A stretch of 64,000 nt of DNA. It comes from Penicillus capitatus. Taxonomy: Eukaryota; Plantae; Chlorophyta. The notes under the pieces are model-generated. The model saw only the letters and a list, made by a program, of their open reading frames with translations. It made no database searches and had not been told where the DNA came from. Shown here piece by piece: positions 1-11,973 of the stretch; within the stretch, counting starts at the first letter, position 1, and the number at the start of each line of letters is the position of its first letter. Both the position numbers and the translations under genes were made by a program. The stretch spans positions 682,001 to 746,000 of the forward strand of contig OZ287700.1 of the NCBI GenBank assembly GCA_965649825.1, in the 5' to 3' direction.

Positions 1-90
1 ACAGTTGCGGTGTAACTTGAAAAGCAAAAATCGCGGGAGTGCGTGGAGGTGAAGGGACAAAACACGGTCGTCTCTCATCCACACGTCACT

Positions 91-1894
91 TCATGGATCC
101 AGTCGAGATTTAAGGATTTGATTGACGACTGAAGGATTTGCTCGTCCTTTCGAAGCTTTCATGATTTGACCGACAAAGAATCCAAAGAGCTTTGTCTTCC
201 CGCTGCGATAGGCGCCGACTTGCTTCGGATGATCGGCCAGAATCTGATCGACGAGAGATGTCACATCATCCACATTCGAAATCTGCACTAAACCGCGTTC
301 TTCCACATAAGCTTGGACTCCGGACGCTCCGGCGCCTAAGGAATATCCGTGACATGAGATTTGAATCCCGACGGTGACCTTTCAGCAGATCAGGGAGAAT
401 CTGTTTCGCGATTTTTCCGCTGATGACAGACGATTGTATCAATCGGATCATCTCGATCAGCGTTTTGGGTTTGAGTGACACAGCATCCCATGCGACCTTC
501 TCAGTCTTGCAGTGCGCTGTGATGTCGCCCATGATCCAATTGGCCACTGCCTTGGCATCAGACGGCTGCGTTTCCCGCATGGCGGCGTCGAAATAGTCGC
601 CGATGTCTGTCTCATCCGTCAAGACCATCACATCCTCCAGAGAGAGGCCCAAATCCAAATACCTCTGTCGTCTTCCGGCCGGAAGTTCAGGACAGTCGGA
701 TCGAATCTTATCCATCCAGGCGGGATCGACGATAAGAGGCGGCAGATCCGGTTCGGGAAAATAACGATAGTCTGCCAGTCCCTCTTTCTTACGCATGGTA
801 TACGTCACATCAGATGATTCATCCCACAAACGCGTCTCCTGAACAATCTCCTCTCCCTTTCCCTCTTTCAGAAGCGTGGACTGCAGGCAGGGACTTGTGA
901 ATGGAGGGTACAGAATGGCATCTGTACTTGGCGCTTGATTTCGTAGTCGATGGCTTTGGCAATATAGGAGAAGGAATTCATGTTCTTGATCTCGACCTTT
1001 GTCCCCAGAGTCGTTGCGTCCTTTGCGGCAACGGAGATGTTGACGTCACATCGCATGGAACCTTCCTCCATATTGCCGTCCGAGATCCCCAGATAACGGA
1101 CGATGCGTCTGATCTCCGCACCGTAAGCAGCAGCCTCGGCGCCCGTCTGCAGATCTGGTCTCGAAACGATCTCCAGCAATGGCACTCCGGCGCGATTGAA
1201 ATCGATCAGGGAGTGACCAGCGCCCGATAGACGCCCAGATTCCGCGCTGTAGATCGATTTTCCGGCATCCTCTTCGATATGCATACGCTCAATGCCAATG
1301 CGCTTTTGCAGAAAAGCGTTTTTCTCACCCAGCGGTACCACGATGTCAACAAACCCATTCGTACAGAAAGGCACATCGTACTGCGAGATCTGGTAACCCT
1401 TTGGCAGGTCTGGGTAGAAGTACTGTTTCCGATCGAATTTTGATTCCAGACAGATTTCTCCGTGCAATGCTAACCCTATCCTCTATCCATGTCAAGGCAA
1501 AGCAGCAGTCACGATGCTTCTCTCACCTGCCAGAATGGCAAAATCCACGACCTGTCGATTAAACACCGGCAATGTGCCTGGATGTCCCATACACACCTGA
1601 ACCAGAGATCGTTGAACAGTAGGTATGGTAGTGGAGAGGGCGGGGCACTGGACATATGTGTGTGTTTGGCACACCACCGTAAACGTTGGCACAGTGACAG
1701 AAGGTTTTGGTCCGCGTCTTGAGTTGGACGTGGGTCTCGAGTCCGATCGTCGCTTCCAACTCCGTCATCGATGCGGCGTCGGTCTCACGCGTCGATATCG
1801 TCGCTTCGCATCGCCATCGTCGTGGACAACCCGTCATGCGGGGGGCCAAGGCGACCAGTGGCGTGCGGTTTGTCCAGAGGGTTGCACATCGCAT
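91..1894 (-). CDS. GATB: Glutamyl-tRNA(Gln) amidotransferase subunit B, organellar; multi-exon
   Basis: Motifs [70 protein letters not shown] and [16 protein letters not shown] spread over ORF fragments joined by GT-AG introns (for example a 47-bp intron near 862-908). Confidence 0.95.
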
Positions 1895-1934
1895 GATGAG
1901 GACGTCGATCGGTCAATCGTTGCTCATTTGCAAA

Positions 1935-3174
1935 ATGGCGCAACCTGCCGCGACCCACGGGACGACGCAGAAGCCCACGGTGCTGTTGCTTATTGGTGAT
2001 GTGACGCGGTGAGCTGCGGAGGGCCGATGTCCGAGGTGCTGTAGGAATGGCGGGGTCGGGGAAGACGACCCTGATCCAACGACTCAGTACTGAGCTCCGC
2101 GAGCGCCACCACCCGTCATACTTCATCAATTTGGACCCCGCTGTGACAAACATACCCTATCACCCAAACGTCGACATACGCGATACCGTACGTCGTGGCG
2201 GCGAAGAGTGCATAAGATACAGAGAGATGATTATGTAGATAAAGTACAAGGAGATTATGAGACAGTATCAACTCGGACCAAACGGCGCGATTCTCACATC
2301 CTGTAATCTCTTTGCCACCAAATTCGATCAAGTGAGCGAGCCGACATCCACCACGACACGCGATGAAGATGTGTGCGTTAGGTCATGAAGCTATGTGAAC
2401 AGACAAGGGACCCGCCACTGGACTATATCGTTGTCGATACTCCAGGCCAAATCGAGGTGTTCACGTGGTCGGCTTCAGGATCGATCGTCACGGAGCTTTT
2501 TGCGTCGTCCTTTCCGACGATCGTGATTTTTGTGGTGGACACCGTTCGCTGCGTCCATCCGAAGACATTCATGAGCAATATGCTCCAGGCCTGCAGTATC
2601 CTCTACAAAACACGTCTCCCTCTTCTCCTGGTCCGCCACACGTGCACGGCAGAGAGGGAGGTCGTGCTGGTTTCAGGCGTTCAACAAAATCGACGTGCAG
2701 AGTCATGAGTTTGCATTGGAGTGGATGAAGAACTATGATGAGTATGAACGTGCTCTGAATCAAGATCCTAGCTATGCTGCATCGCTGAGCAAGTCGATGG
2801 CGCTCGTTTTGGAAGAGTTCTACGAGAAGCTGCACAACGTTGGCATCTCAGCCGTTTCGGCAGAGGGCATGGATGACTTCTTCACCGTACGTCACATCAC
2901 ACTCGTCGCTATTCCACGGGAGAAACGCCTTCTGCATTTTGGTCAGTCTGTTCAAAGCTGCGTGGATGAGTACGAGGTGGATTACCGTCCGGAACTCGAA
3001 CGCAACGCGCAAGACCAGATTAACCGAGAAATCGAACGACAAAAGGTTCCTTCCCCCAATGGCATCAGACATGACCTATCCGCGATTCTTGACCTCTAGG
3101 ATCAATTGGAGAAATTGAGATTAGATGTGGCCTCATCTATCTCGTCCAGAAAGGAAGAGAAGAAACAGAGTTAG
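1935..3174 (+). CDS. GPN1: GPN-loop GTPase 1 (XAB1/Npa3-like); multi-exon
   Basis: [10 protein letters not shown]-loop, [23 protein letters not shown] (GPN motif), [16 protein letters not shown] and [14 protein letters not shown]; the introns splice in frame. Confidence 0.95.
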
Positions 3175-3739
3175 GACGAAAACGGAAATCGTATGCATGT
3201 ATGCAGACATGAACCCGCCCACAACTCCTCACGCTCCCACTGCAGACGTGCTTCAATGCTGCGTCCCGCAACGAATGTGATGTGACTGCTCGACCGATGA
3301 CGAATCGTATCGAGGACAGTGGGATCCGTGGATCTCCTAGACAGGTGGGTATCTAAGCACAGCTCTCGAGTACCCGTCGGTCCTCCGCCACGGGATACGG
3401 CTCAGTGGGACGTCGACCGTCGCGTTCTGCTTTCTGCTGTCTCTATCCGCGACAACGGACACCCGTTTCCGAACACGCCGTCACTCAGAACACACATCGC
3501 CGCCATCGAGCAGCACGAACGTCAAACTCGAGCGTCGGGGAGTGGCAGCCAGCCATCGGTGTTTGCCACCGGCTTCCCGTCTCAAAATATCGTCGTTCTC
3601 TGGTCCATAACCGGGCGTCATGTGATGGAACGTCGTCGCCTCTGTCTTTGCACGAGCTTCAGGATACCTTCGGTTAGCCACGTTTTTTGTTTACATTCTT
3701 CTCTGATTTCCTGTAAAGACTTCCTGTTTTGCGCGTAAC

Positions 3740-6700
3740 ATGGCGTCCACGTATTCCTCTAAACTTTCCGTTCTCTGTTCGCACAGCAAAGACCAGGATG
3801 CAATACCACAGTCCTCTGTCTTCTCGCCGGCGAGTATCTTTGAACCGCCTTCGCACGTACGCACTCCTTCAAAGGAACATGCGACAAACGCAGCGTCCTT
3901 TAGTTTCCGGCAACGTTACTGAGAAACAACCTCTTGGCGAACCACATTTCGGACGTCCTCGCAACGAAACTCGCAGAACTGGCACCTTCGTCGAGGAAAC
4001 AAACATTCCTGCGCGATATCGGCTATGTCGGCTGTTCGACGGAAAATGTGGCGTACCTCTGCAAAAAAGATTCCCCGGTGCTGCAGCCGTTGGAAATACG
4101 CCTCGAATCCGAAATCACGTTGCTCGAGACGATACGTTATGACTGGACCACGCAAAGCAAAAGGAAGGGTGGCACCACATTTCTGGCCCTCGTTACTGAA
4201 CTTGAGGTGACGTTCTCATACCTGACGTCCCCACACCGACAGCCCTCTCTCCCTGTGTTCAGATGCATTGCTATGAAGCGCGGCCGATCGAGCACGAAGA
4301 GATTGACCTCGTGCCCAGCTTCACCGTCGATGCTCCGTCCGGATCTCTTGTAACGTGCGTGCTCTCGACCAAGACGCGACGTGTGTTCTGCGGGACGAAC
4401 AAAGGTGAGATCTGTGAACTCCGGACAGATGCCAGAGATCGTCGGCCGATGTGGTTGAACATCGGTGACGGCGATGCGTATGCCAGTCCCGTTTCGCTCT
4501 TGCGCCTGGATCAAGGCAAAGGACTCGTTTATGCCTTACACGCCGATTCATCCGTAAACGTCTTCCTCTACCGTTTTGCCACTCCAGGCGAAATGGCGCG
4601 TCATATTGGGGGATTCCGTCCAGATCCAAACAGGCCGATCGCATTTGTCGAGCTGTTTCCGATGCCGAGTGCCGAAGAAGATGCCGCACATCTCCTGGGT
4701 GTTTCGAAAGATGGCGTCCTGTTCAACTTTGAAATGGATCTCCGTTCATTCCGTCAGACGCTATCCTTCGTAAAGAAACTCCTGCGCTCGGCTTCCTCAA
4801 CGTCACAGACGCTGAGTGTGGTCCACGAATCGACCAGCCTCTCCACGCGCCTCTGTTCGGAAGACGAAGAGCGCAGAGTGGCAGCAATTGGCTACTATGA
4901 GGGTCTGATCGTGGCAATGCCTGGTTCGGAAGAAGGCAATCCCACGATCGAGCTCTACTCTGCATCGCGTCTGCCGGCATCTCAAGACAGCAATGATGCA
5001 GAGCCGGCACGCGTGGTCTTCTTTAAGGAACCGATGCGTTTGGATGGCACTTTTGTATCGATGCATCCGGCTTCGGACGATGACAATATGCGTCTCTTTG
5101 AAGGATTGGATCTGGGCAGCGACGAACTGTCGCGACAGGTGTTCCTCAAGGGCAACAAGTTCGTGCTCATGACGGAGAATCGTGTGATCGATGTGCGCAA
5201 GCGCTGCCCCGTTGAGGTGCTGATGGAAATACTGCAAGAGCACGATCCGGAACGCGTGGATGAATTTTTCCGGCTCTATGGTCCAGTGGAGACGGCCACC
5301 ATGTCTGTTCAGTTGGCAGCCGCACGAGGGGATGATCATGCGCGACGGTTGCTTCTGGACGATCATCGCCTGAGTGCCATGTTTTTCTCGACGGAGACGC
5401 ACGGCCCTGATGACCTCTCTATTCCCACACGTGCCATCCTGAGCTACTTTCGAAGATTGGTCCGTCCTGTGTGGGATCGACCTCTCTTCTATGCGAGACA
5501 TGAGGGATGGCGCAAAGACGGCGCGAAAATGACGAGCAGTTTATCGACGTCGTTGCTGGAATGGTTTGCCGGAAGTCTGGAGGAATTGAATAAATTCATC
5601 GAGGTATATGTCGAAGAATTCCGAGCCGTGCGTTTCTTCGACGGCTCCATCTTCGCCCCAAAGTGTCCGAGTATCCTCCGAGAATTCGAGCTTCTCTTCG
5701 ATTTGAAGAATATCATTACAAAGTGCACAGAGATCATGAATCTGGTCAGAATCTACGAGGAAGCTCGACCAGTTGACGTTTCCGATCGCCAAATGAAGAT
5801 ATTCACTAAGAAACCGCTCCAAAGCTTTGTTTTCACAAATGAATCTCCAACGTGTCCAATTCAAGTTCTCATCACGTCGATGCTCGCCGGTAAAGACCCC
5901 GAAGTACAAGAGGCCATTACCTTCAAGATGGACAACGAAATCCCCAATCTCTGCAACACAAAGGACAAGATCTATAAAAAGGCACGCCCTGTGCTTCCCT
6001 TCTCTGCTGCGTGTTATGTGTGACCTCCTAGGCGCTGTCGCTGTTGAAGAAAGCTAAGATCTCTCCGAGGCTCGAGAGACAAGAGATCCTTGTCAGCAAA
6101 GCCATGAACTTGCTCGGAGATAACTGCGAGGAGCGACACATAGATGCCATTATAGCTGCCCTTGCAGATCTGCAGCGACACTATGTACGCGATACCGTCA
6201 GTGGAGAGATCTACGGTGCAATCGTGGTGTGATGCAGGAGGTGCTGCAGTTTGTGTCGAAGACGGCTAAGAAGCTCGTGCCTGAGCCAACCACATCAGAT
6301 GCAGCCGTGCAGAAGAAGGCACAACATTTGCGACGCCGCTGTTACGATCGCGTCTTTCAATACGTGGCAGACTACATCCAGAACATCGACATGGATGACG
6401 ACGCCTCTCTGGACATTCCTGTACTGTACGGTGCGGTTCAGTATCTGGACGACCGTCACATGATGCAGATGATGATGGAGAAACTCCTGGCGTTCAATAA
6501 AGTCCCAAAGCGCCAGTTGCATCAACCTAGCTATACAGAATTCGGCATTGCCCTTAAACAATACATTTCCCAGAAAGTCATGAATGTTTCCAGCCTGCAC
6601 GAAGTAAAGGAACAGATTGGAGTGCCCCTGTCTGCGTCGGCCGAACAGGAAGTACGTTTGCTTGTCGCCATCTGTCAGTCTCAGGAGGAAATGAAACAAG

Positions 6701-7158
6701 CCGGTGACTGGCTGATGCTCTTGGCCAAGAGAGCGTCGAAGCACGGTCGCGAGATTCCTCTCATCGAAAGGATCGGAGATTTGAACGACGCAAAGGCGAT
6801 GTATAAAACGGTGATGCCGGAGAGTTTTATGCGGCAGGTCGAGCGAGAGATTGAACTGGCAATGTTCCAACAGCGCGTGCTGACAATGGGCACGAGGATC
6901 TTCGCTATCATGAACGATGTGCACGACAACGGTCAAGACGTCAGAGACGTCATGACACGATTGGTGGGGGTTGACGTGCTGTACAGAGTGATTCGAGATA
7001 ACTTTCCAGATAAGGTACGATCCACTCTTGCCTCTCAGTGGACGTTTATGGGGCGTTTCTGTCTGTAGACTTCTCAGGATCTAACAGATGAACTGCAGAG
7101 GATTGCGAGAGAAGGTTTTGAAATCGTCTCTGGAGACGATACCTTGACAGAATCATAG
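3740..7158 (+). CDS. NUP155: Divergent nucleoporin Nup155/Nup170-like; multi-exon
   Basis: Propeller-like segment RRVFCGTNKGEICEL, then LSRQVFLKGNKFVLMT..RCPVEVL and FFRLYGPVETATM, which match recalled Nup155 motifs, followed by a helical region. It is shorter than typical Nup155. Confidence 0.65.
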
Positions 7159-8015
7159 AATTTTACCAATCTCCATCTGCCCGGGGCATTTTTGCCGTTT
7201 TCTTCGAAGAACTGATCGCCGTGACGCATCTATGACAAACAACATTCCCCATTCCCTCAGTGGTGTGTACTCTTTTCTGTTACCTACTGTCGCGGGCGCG
7301 CCGGGGCGAGATGCGGCATGATAATATGCCATAGCGTCTTGCCCGCGATAGGGACGATGTTTTCGTAGCACCGGTATCGTCCAAATTTCATCTTTTGTAT
7401 TACATACATCCCACTGCCGTTTGTCTTACTTGCACATATCTTTTGCGCACAACTATTCTTTACACACACGCAAAATGATGGGAAACACTGTCGGGATCGA
7501 GGGAAGCAGACTGGACCTCACTCTATGCGAGTCCGCCGTCTTGACATGGTTCAGGCAGAGAGCGCGGACAATTTTCAACGCATTTGCCTCTGGGATGGCG
7601 GCTTCATATCCAACTCTCTGCCAACATTCAATGCTACTATAACGGACAGCATCCTTTACGCTAATATAACGGACAGAATCCTCTGAGAACGCACTCTTGT
7701 TGTCTGCGGAGTGGCTTTGCTTGTCTTACCAGGATGATCTTTCAAACATCTGAAAGGTGGCCGATCGATGAACAGTCAGTCGTCTCGCTTACACACTATG
7801 ACTGTGTAACCACCTTGTGCATGGAAGATGTACGAACAGAAGACAACGGCCGTCATCTGATGGTCCATCTGTCAGACGCGGGAGACGCTGGCGGGCGGGA
7901 GGGCGGTTTTGGGATGTCGACCGACAACGACGTCGAGCGCCAGATGACGGCGCTCCTGACGGTTGCGCACAAGCCATTTTCGACGTTGCGTTCGCTCTGA
8001 ACACCACCCTTCACC

Positions 8016-8945
8016 ATGCGTTTCTTCTTGCCAGGCGGACTCTTTCTTGTCCTCCTTTTCGCTTTGAAGACTAGGGCTTCTGGCGATGTCGTTAATGCGA
8101 TCGCAGTGGAGGGATATCGCCAAGTGAAAAGCGCCGATGAGTTGTGGCGTTTTCATGCTGGGTCGACGGAAGCAGGGCTGACACTCGGAAGCGATTGCGT
8201 CTGTCTGTTAACGGCGCGAAATCTGTTTCTCGCTGGTCGTGGACAAGGCGTATACAGCCAATACCAATGGTGCAAACGCGATGAGCATTGGGAACTGCTG
8301 CCGATGGGCGGCGACAAATTCGCTCTGAAACATCGCATTATGGATGCCTATATGTCGTGCGCCAACAATGGCGGCGTCGTTCTTCGTGGTCATGCCAAGG
8401 GCGACGAACACTTCAACATCTTCATCAACGAAGAGGAAGACAAGATATCGTTCTACAGTGTTGCCCAGAAAAAATTTGTCCATGCGGATGAACGTGGGAA
8501 GACGTATTGCAATACGGACAAGAACGACAATCCCAATACGATTTTTCGCGGGTGGAAGAAAGGAGATAAGTCCGCGTGGATGCCATCTGAGAAGCACGAG
8601 GTAGCGGCGACTTTTGACAATTCAGCATCGCGAAAAATTAAAAATTTCCCGTTCACCGCGACGCTGGGAGTGAAAACGGACGAGAAAGCCGAGGCAGGCG
8701 TCGTCGTCGACCAGCCGCTTCTCTTAACGAGTGCTCTGAAAGAGAAATTTTTGGACAAGGATTACAAGTCAAAGTTTCAAACAGATTGGTCGAAGCAAGA
8801 CAAGAGCATCTGGGAGGACGCACAGAAAAAGAAGATATCCTGGAGAATGTATCCAGAAGACAAAGTGGAAATCCAGCAGGTCGTTGGCATCTATGGGCCG
8901 TTTAAGATCTACACCGACGAGTTCGTCGAAATTCCAGTGACCTGA
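8016..8945 (+). CDS. Secreted beta-trefoil (fascin/ricin-like) plus aerolysin/ETX-MTX2-like domain protein, paralog 1; intronless
   Basis: Hydrophobic signal peptide; trefoil-like repeats (VCLLTARNLFL, FALKH..AYMSC, ISFYS..KFVHA); C-terminal W..FDN..W..P..IQQVVGIYGPFKIYT pattern; clear paralogy with 9462-10472. Confidence 0.6.
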   Translation: MRFFLPGGLFLVLLFALKTRASGDVVNAIAVEGYRQVKSADELWRFHAGSTEAGLTLGSDCVCLLTARNLFLAGRGQGVYSQYQWCKRDEHWELLPMGGDKFALKHRIMDAYMSCANNGGVVLRGHAKGDEHFNIFINEEEDKISFYSVAQKKFVHADERGKTYCNTDKNDNPNTIFRGWKKGDKSAWMPSEKHEVAATFDNSASRKIKNFPFTATLGVKTDEKAEAGVVVDQPLLLTSALKEKFLDKDYKSKFQTDWSKQDKSIWEDAQKKKISWRMYPEDKVEIQQVVGIYGPFKIYTDEFVEIPVT

Positions 8946-9461
8946 ACGACATGACCTGCAGGGAACAAAGGAACGCAGGCCGCTTAATCGAAAGTGGAAT
9001 GATCGATGGAGAATGGAAAACCAGACGTCCTTTGCTAGCTGCACTTGCTTAAGCGTTGCATTTACCTTTATGTTGTTCATCTCAGACCTCTACCAGTTTT
9101 TATTTCGCCTTCCATATGAACAGCTCCCTATACTGGGTACCTAAGTCAATTGTGATGGGACGTTGTAACAGGATCCCTGATTGATAGTCTCTGAGCACGC
9201 AACGTCGATAACGTCCGACGGTTGCCACCGATGGACGATTCGTTCACAGAGCGATCTGCCGAGATACAGCGCTTGAGCTGCATACCAACTCGGTAAGCGA
9301 TGCCCCACTGCGCCGCGTTTCTCTCTTTAACGATTCTCCGTATAGATTCATCTTCATCGAAGTCGACAGGACACCAAATTTGCCGTAATTGACGTTGACC
9401 CTTCGGTCACCTTAACGAAACGAGTGAGAGCGATGAGTCATCTCCGCAACAGCATTATAAA

Positions 9462-10472
9462 TTGCCAATGGCGTCGTCGTTCTATACAATCCGAACAATG
9501 CAGTGCTCTTTCGCTTTCTTCTGTTTGGCTATCGCTTTTGGAGTTGTCTCTACATACCCGCTCCCTTTTCGCACAACGACCTTCTCTGGCGGCGATACTC
9601 TCCCTGTGGGCAACGAAGACTACACCGACGTTACGAGCAAGAAGCAGCTGTGGCGTTTCGCAGTTGGGAACGGCGATGGATACACTGTGGGAGAACGGTT
9701 CGTCTGCCTGCGTGTGAACAATAGGGCTGGTCGGTTGATCGGTGCTTCCTCAACCACTGTCTATCAAGAATCCAGCTGCCGCGACAACGCGCGATTGGAA
9801 GTGGAGTTTCTGACCGGCAACGAGGTCAAATTGAGGACCAAGCGCGGCAATCGATACATTTCGTGCGCGGATGATGGCAGGGTAAGAGTGACGACTTGGT
9901 CGGACGAGACGTCAATCTTCCAGCTCAGAATCAACAGCGACGAAGATAGTTTAATCCTGTACAATCCTTATTACGATGGCGCACTGTCCGCAGAGGGATA
10001 TACCATCACCTGCAATGGATATCGAGCAGAGACGCTGTCCAAGTTTAGAGGCTGGAAGCTTGGACCGAAGGAAGCCTGGGAAGCATCGGACGAGTGGCAG
10101 ATGATCGGATCCTTCGACAATCGCTATTCAGCGTCTAAGATGAAGTTTACCTATGGCACTGCGATCGGCATCGAGACGACTCTTGCTGGCAAAGCGAGTG
10201 TTTCCGATGGGGTCCGGGTGGAAATCGGGCCGGATATGTTTGAGACGTTCACGAAGAGTATCGCGTCGAAGTCGGATGTGGCGTGGCAAAGCACGCCGCC
10301 GAATGTGTGGCGCCATACGGAGTGGCTGACATCCCACATCGAGGTGGAGCCGAAGCGGATGACGAAGATCTACCAGGCGATTGGACGCTATGGCGTTTTT
10401 ATCATCCGAACGAACTATATGCAAGCGCGCGACGACGATGCGTACGTTTCATTCAGTAACTTGATGGAGTAA
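9462..10472 (+). CDS. Secreted beta-trefoil plus aerolysin/ETX-MTX2-like domain protein, paralog 2; intronless
   Basis: Signal peptide; shares LWRF..G..G.T.G..VCL, Y.SCA..G.V, IN..ED, FRGWK.G.K.AW, FDN and Q..G.YG.F.I.T with paralog 1; has a Ser/Thr-rich alternating beta segment (IETTLAGKASVSDGVRVEIG..ETFTKSIASKS). Confidence 0.6.
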   Translation: MPMASSFYTIRTMQCSFAFFCLAIAFGVVSTYPLPFRTTTFSGGDTLPVGNEDYTDVTSKKQLWRFAVGNGDGYTVGERFVCLRVNNRAGRLIGASSTTVYQESSCRDNARLEVEFLTGNEVKLRTKRGNRYISCADDGRVRVTTWSDETSIFQLRINSDEDSLILYNPYYDGALSAEGYTITCNGYRAETLSKFRGWKLGPKEAWEASDEWQMIGSFDNRYSASKMKFTYGTAIGIETTLAGKASVSDGVRVEIGPDMFETFTKSIASKSDVAWQSTPPNVWRHTEWLTSHIEVEPKRMTKIYQAIGRYGVFIIRTNYMQARDDDAYVSFSNLME

Positions 10473-10581
10473 ACGCAACGGGAGGCATTACCAAAGCGAG
10501 GGAGGGAGGGACCAGTGCTAGCGGGGCAGCCAATGTTGTTCACGTTGTCCGACAATCCCCGAAGTTTAAACGCGCAAATGC

Positions 10582-11973
10582 TTGACGATCTTCTGTGCAC
10601 TCCGAAAAGCGTTCTCGCGATTCCTTGTGAGGTATGCGATGCTGCGCCATCCGTTGTGGTACCCGTCGACTGCCATGAAAAAGCACAGCGATGTTAACCG
10701 TCATCAGATTTCTGCGGACGAGATGACTCCAAAACCCTGTTGGAAATGCGGAAAGCGCACGGACTTCGACGGTCAGGTAGAGGGGATCCGGAGAACGATT
10801 TGTTGCGAATCCTGCTGTTTGTGGTTCACGGAATCCGCCCCTCACCAGTACGCCGGCATACATCGCATGACGGAGAAACGCGCCGTCAACGAATACCACT
10901 GCACGCGCGACGACCTGGACACCATCGCGAACTGCGTCATGCTCCACTATCCGCGCAATAACACGTCCAGACTGTTCCTGGGAGCCGAGATCATCTGCCT
11001 GGCCGAAAGACGGACGAAGGCCAAGTGGAAGAAGCAGCTGAAGAAGAAGTATGCGGATATCCAGAGACGACTGGGCGTGCGACTGAAAAAGCTCGACCCG
11101 ACGATGAGGGCGTTCCTTCTGGACGACTACGCGTGTCGGTGGGGAGACCCTAAGACGACAATGGAGGATATCGAGAAAAGGCTGCGCGTCCTGCACCGCG
11201 TTCAGATTATTCGGAAGAGGTGCGAAAGGGCTCACCCGAAGGCCGTCTTCGACTTCTGCCTGTCCAACCCGGACGCGGAGCCTGAGGAATTCCTCGATCT
11301 CAGATCCAAGGTGAAGAGGGTGATGCGACTGGAGAGCGACCGGATCATGAAGCACCTGACACAGGTTCAGAGGAACGAGCTGATGGATACGCCTCTGAAA
11401 GACTGCGCCGAGCAGTACGCGTCAAGGGACAAGAAGCCGACCATCCGATCTCACCTGCAAGAGATGGGGGTATCGGAGGACGAGGCCAAGGAGATTGTGG
11501 ATCACCCCGCCTGTCAGCTCAGGATCGAGAGGGAGGACAACGAGAAGAGGGCGGCCGGCCTACTGCTGCGATTCTGGAGGGAGAAGGATGACATCTACAA
11601 GAGGGAGCGGAAGTTGATCATCGCCGGTCACCGCGGACTGGGAGGGCCCATGCACCAGTCGTCGACACCGTACCAGATGTATCTCAACGGCGACGTCGAT
11701 GCCGATCTCGAGGAGCTGACGTCGCATATGTACATCGCAAAGGATTGCAACTTCCCTTTCGAGTCCAAGCACCGAGATGAGAGGATCTCCATCGCCTTCG
11801 CCAGATTCGAAGACTGTCTTTACAGACAGAAAATGGAACTCTGTGCCTCGATTGTTGAGGCCGTCACCTACGGACAGAGAGTCCTATTGCCAGATGCGGA
11901 AGACGTCCGGGAGACGTTCGACTACAAGCAATTGGCAAACGGGTTCTGGAGTGACCGATGGGACATGCTGTGA
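10582..11973 (+). CDS. Intronless protein with an XPA-like C4 zinc finger and XPA-C-like DNA-binding module; start codon uncertain
   Basis: 463-codon ORF with CWKC-x17-CESC followed by MTEKRAVNEYHCTRDDLD..SRLFL..EI (XPA C-terminal-like spacing), then a helical region. Confidence 0.5.
   Translation: MTIFCALRKAFSRFLVRYAMLRHPLWYPSTAMKKHSDVNRHQISADEMTPKPCWKCGKRTDFDGQVEGIRRTICCESCCLWFTESAPHQYAGIHRMTEKRAVNEYHCTRDDLDTIANCVMLHYPRNNTSRLFLGAEIICLAERRTKAKWKKQLKKKYADIQRRLGVRLKKLDPTMRAFLLDDYACRWGDPKTTMEDIEKRLRVLHRVQIIRKRCERAHPKAVFDFCLSNPDAEPEEFLDLRSKVKRVMRLESDRIMKHLTQVQRNELMDTPLKDCAEQYASRDKKPTIRSHLQEMGVSEDEAKEIVDHPACQLRIEREDNEKRAAGLLLRFWREKDDIYKRERKLIIAGHRGLGGPMHQSSTPYQMYLNGDVDADLEELTSHMYIAKDCNFPFESKHRDERISIAFARFEDCLYRQKMELCASIVEAVTYGQRVLLPDAEDVRETFDYKQLANGFWSDRWDML

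Noticed and set aside
4321-6936. Many 100-300 aa antisense ORFs, here and over other genes
   Set aside because: They are shadows of real coding sequence on the opposite strand.
7734-8000. 88-aa ORF upstream of the toxin-like pair
   Set aside because: No motif or splice support; cannot be distinguished from a chance ORF.
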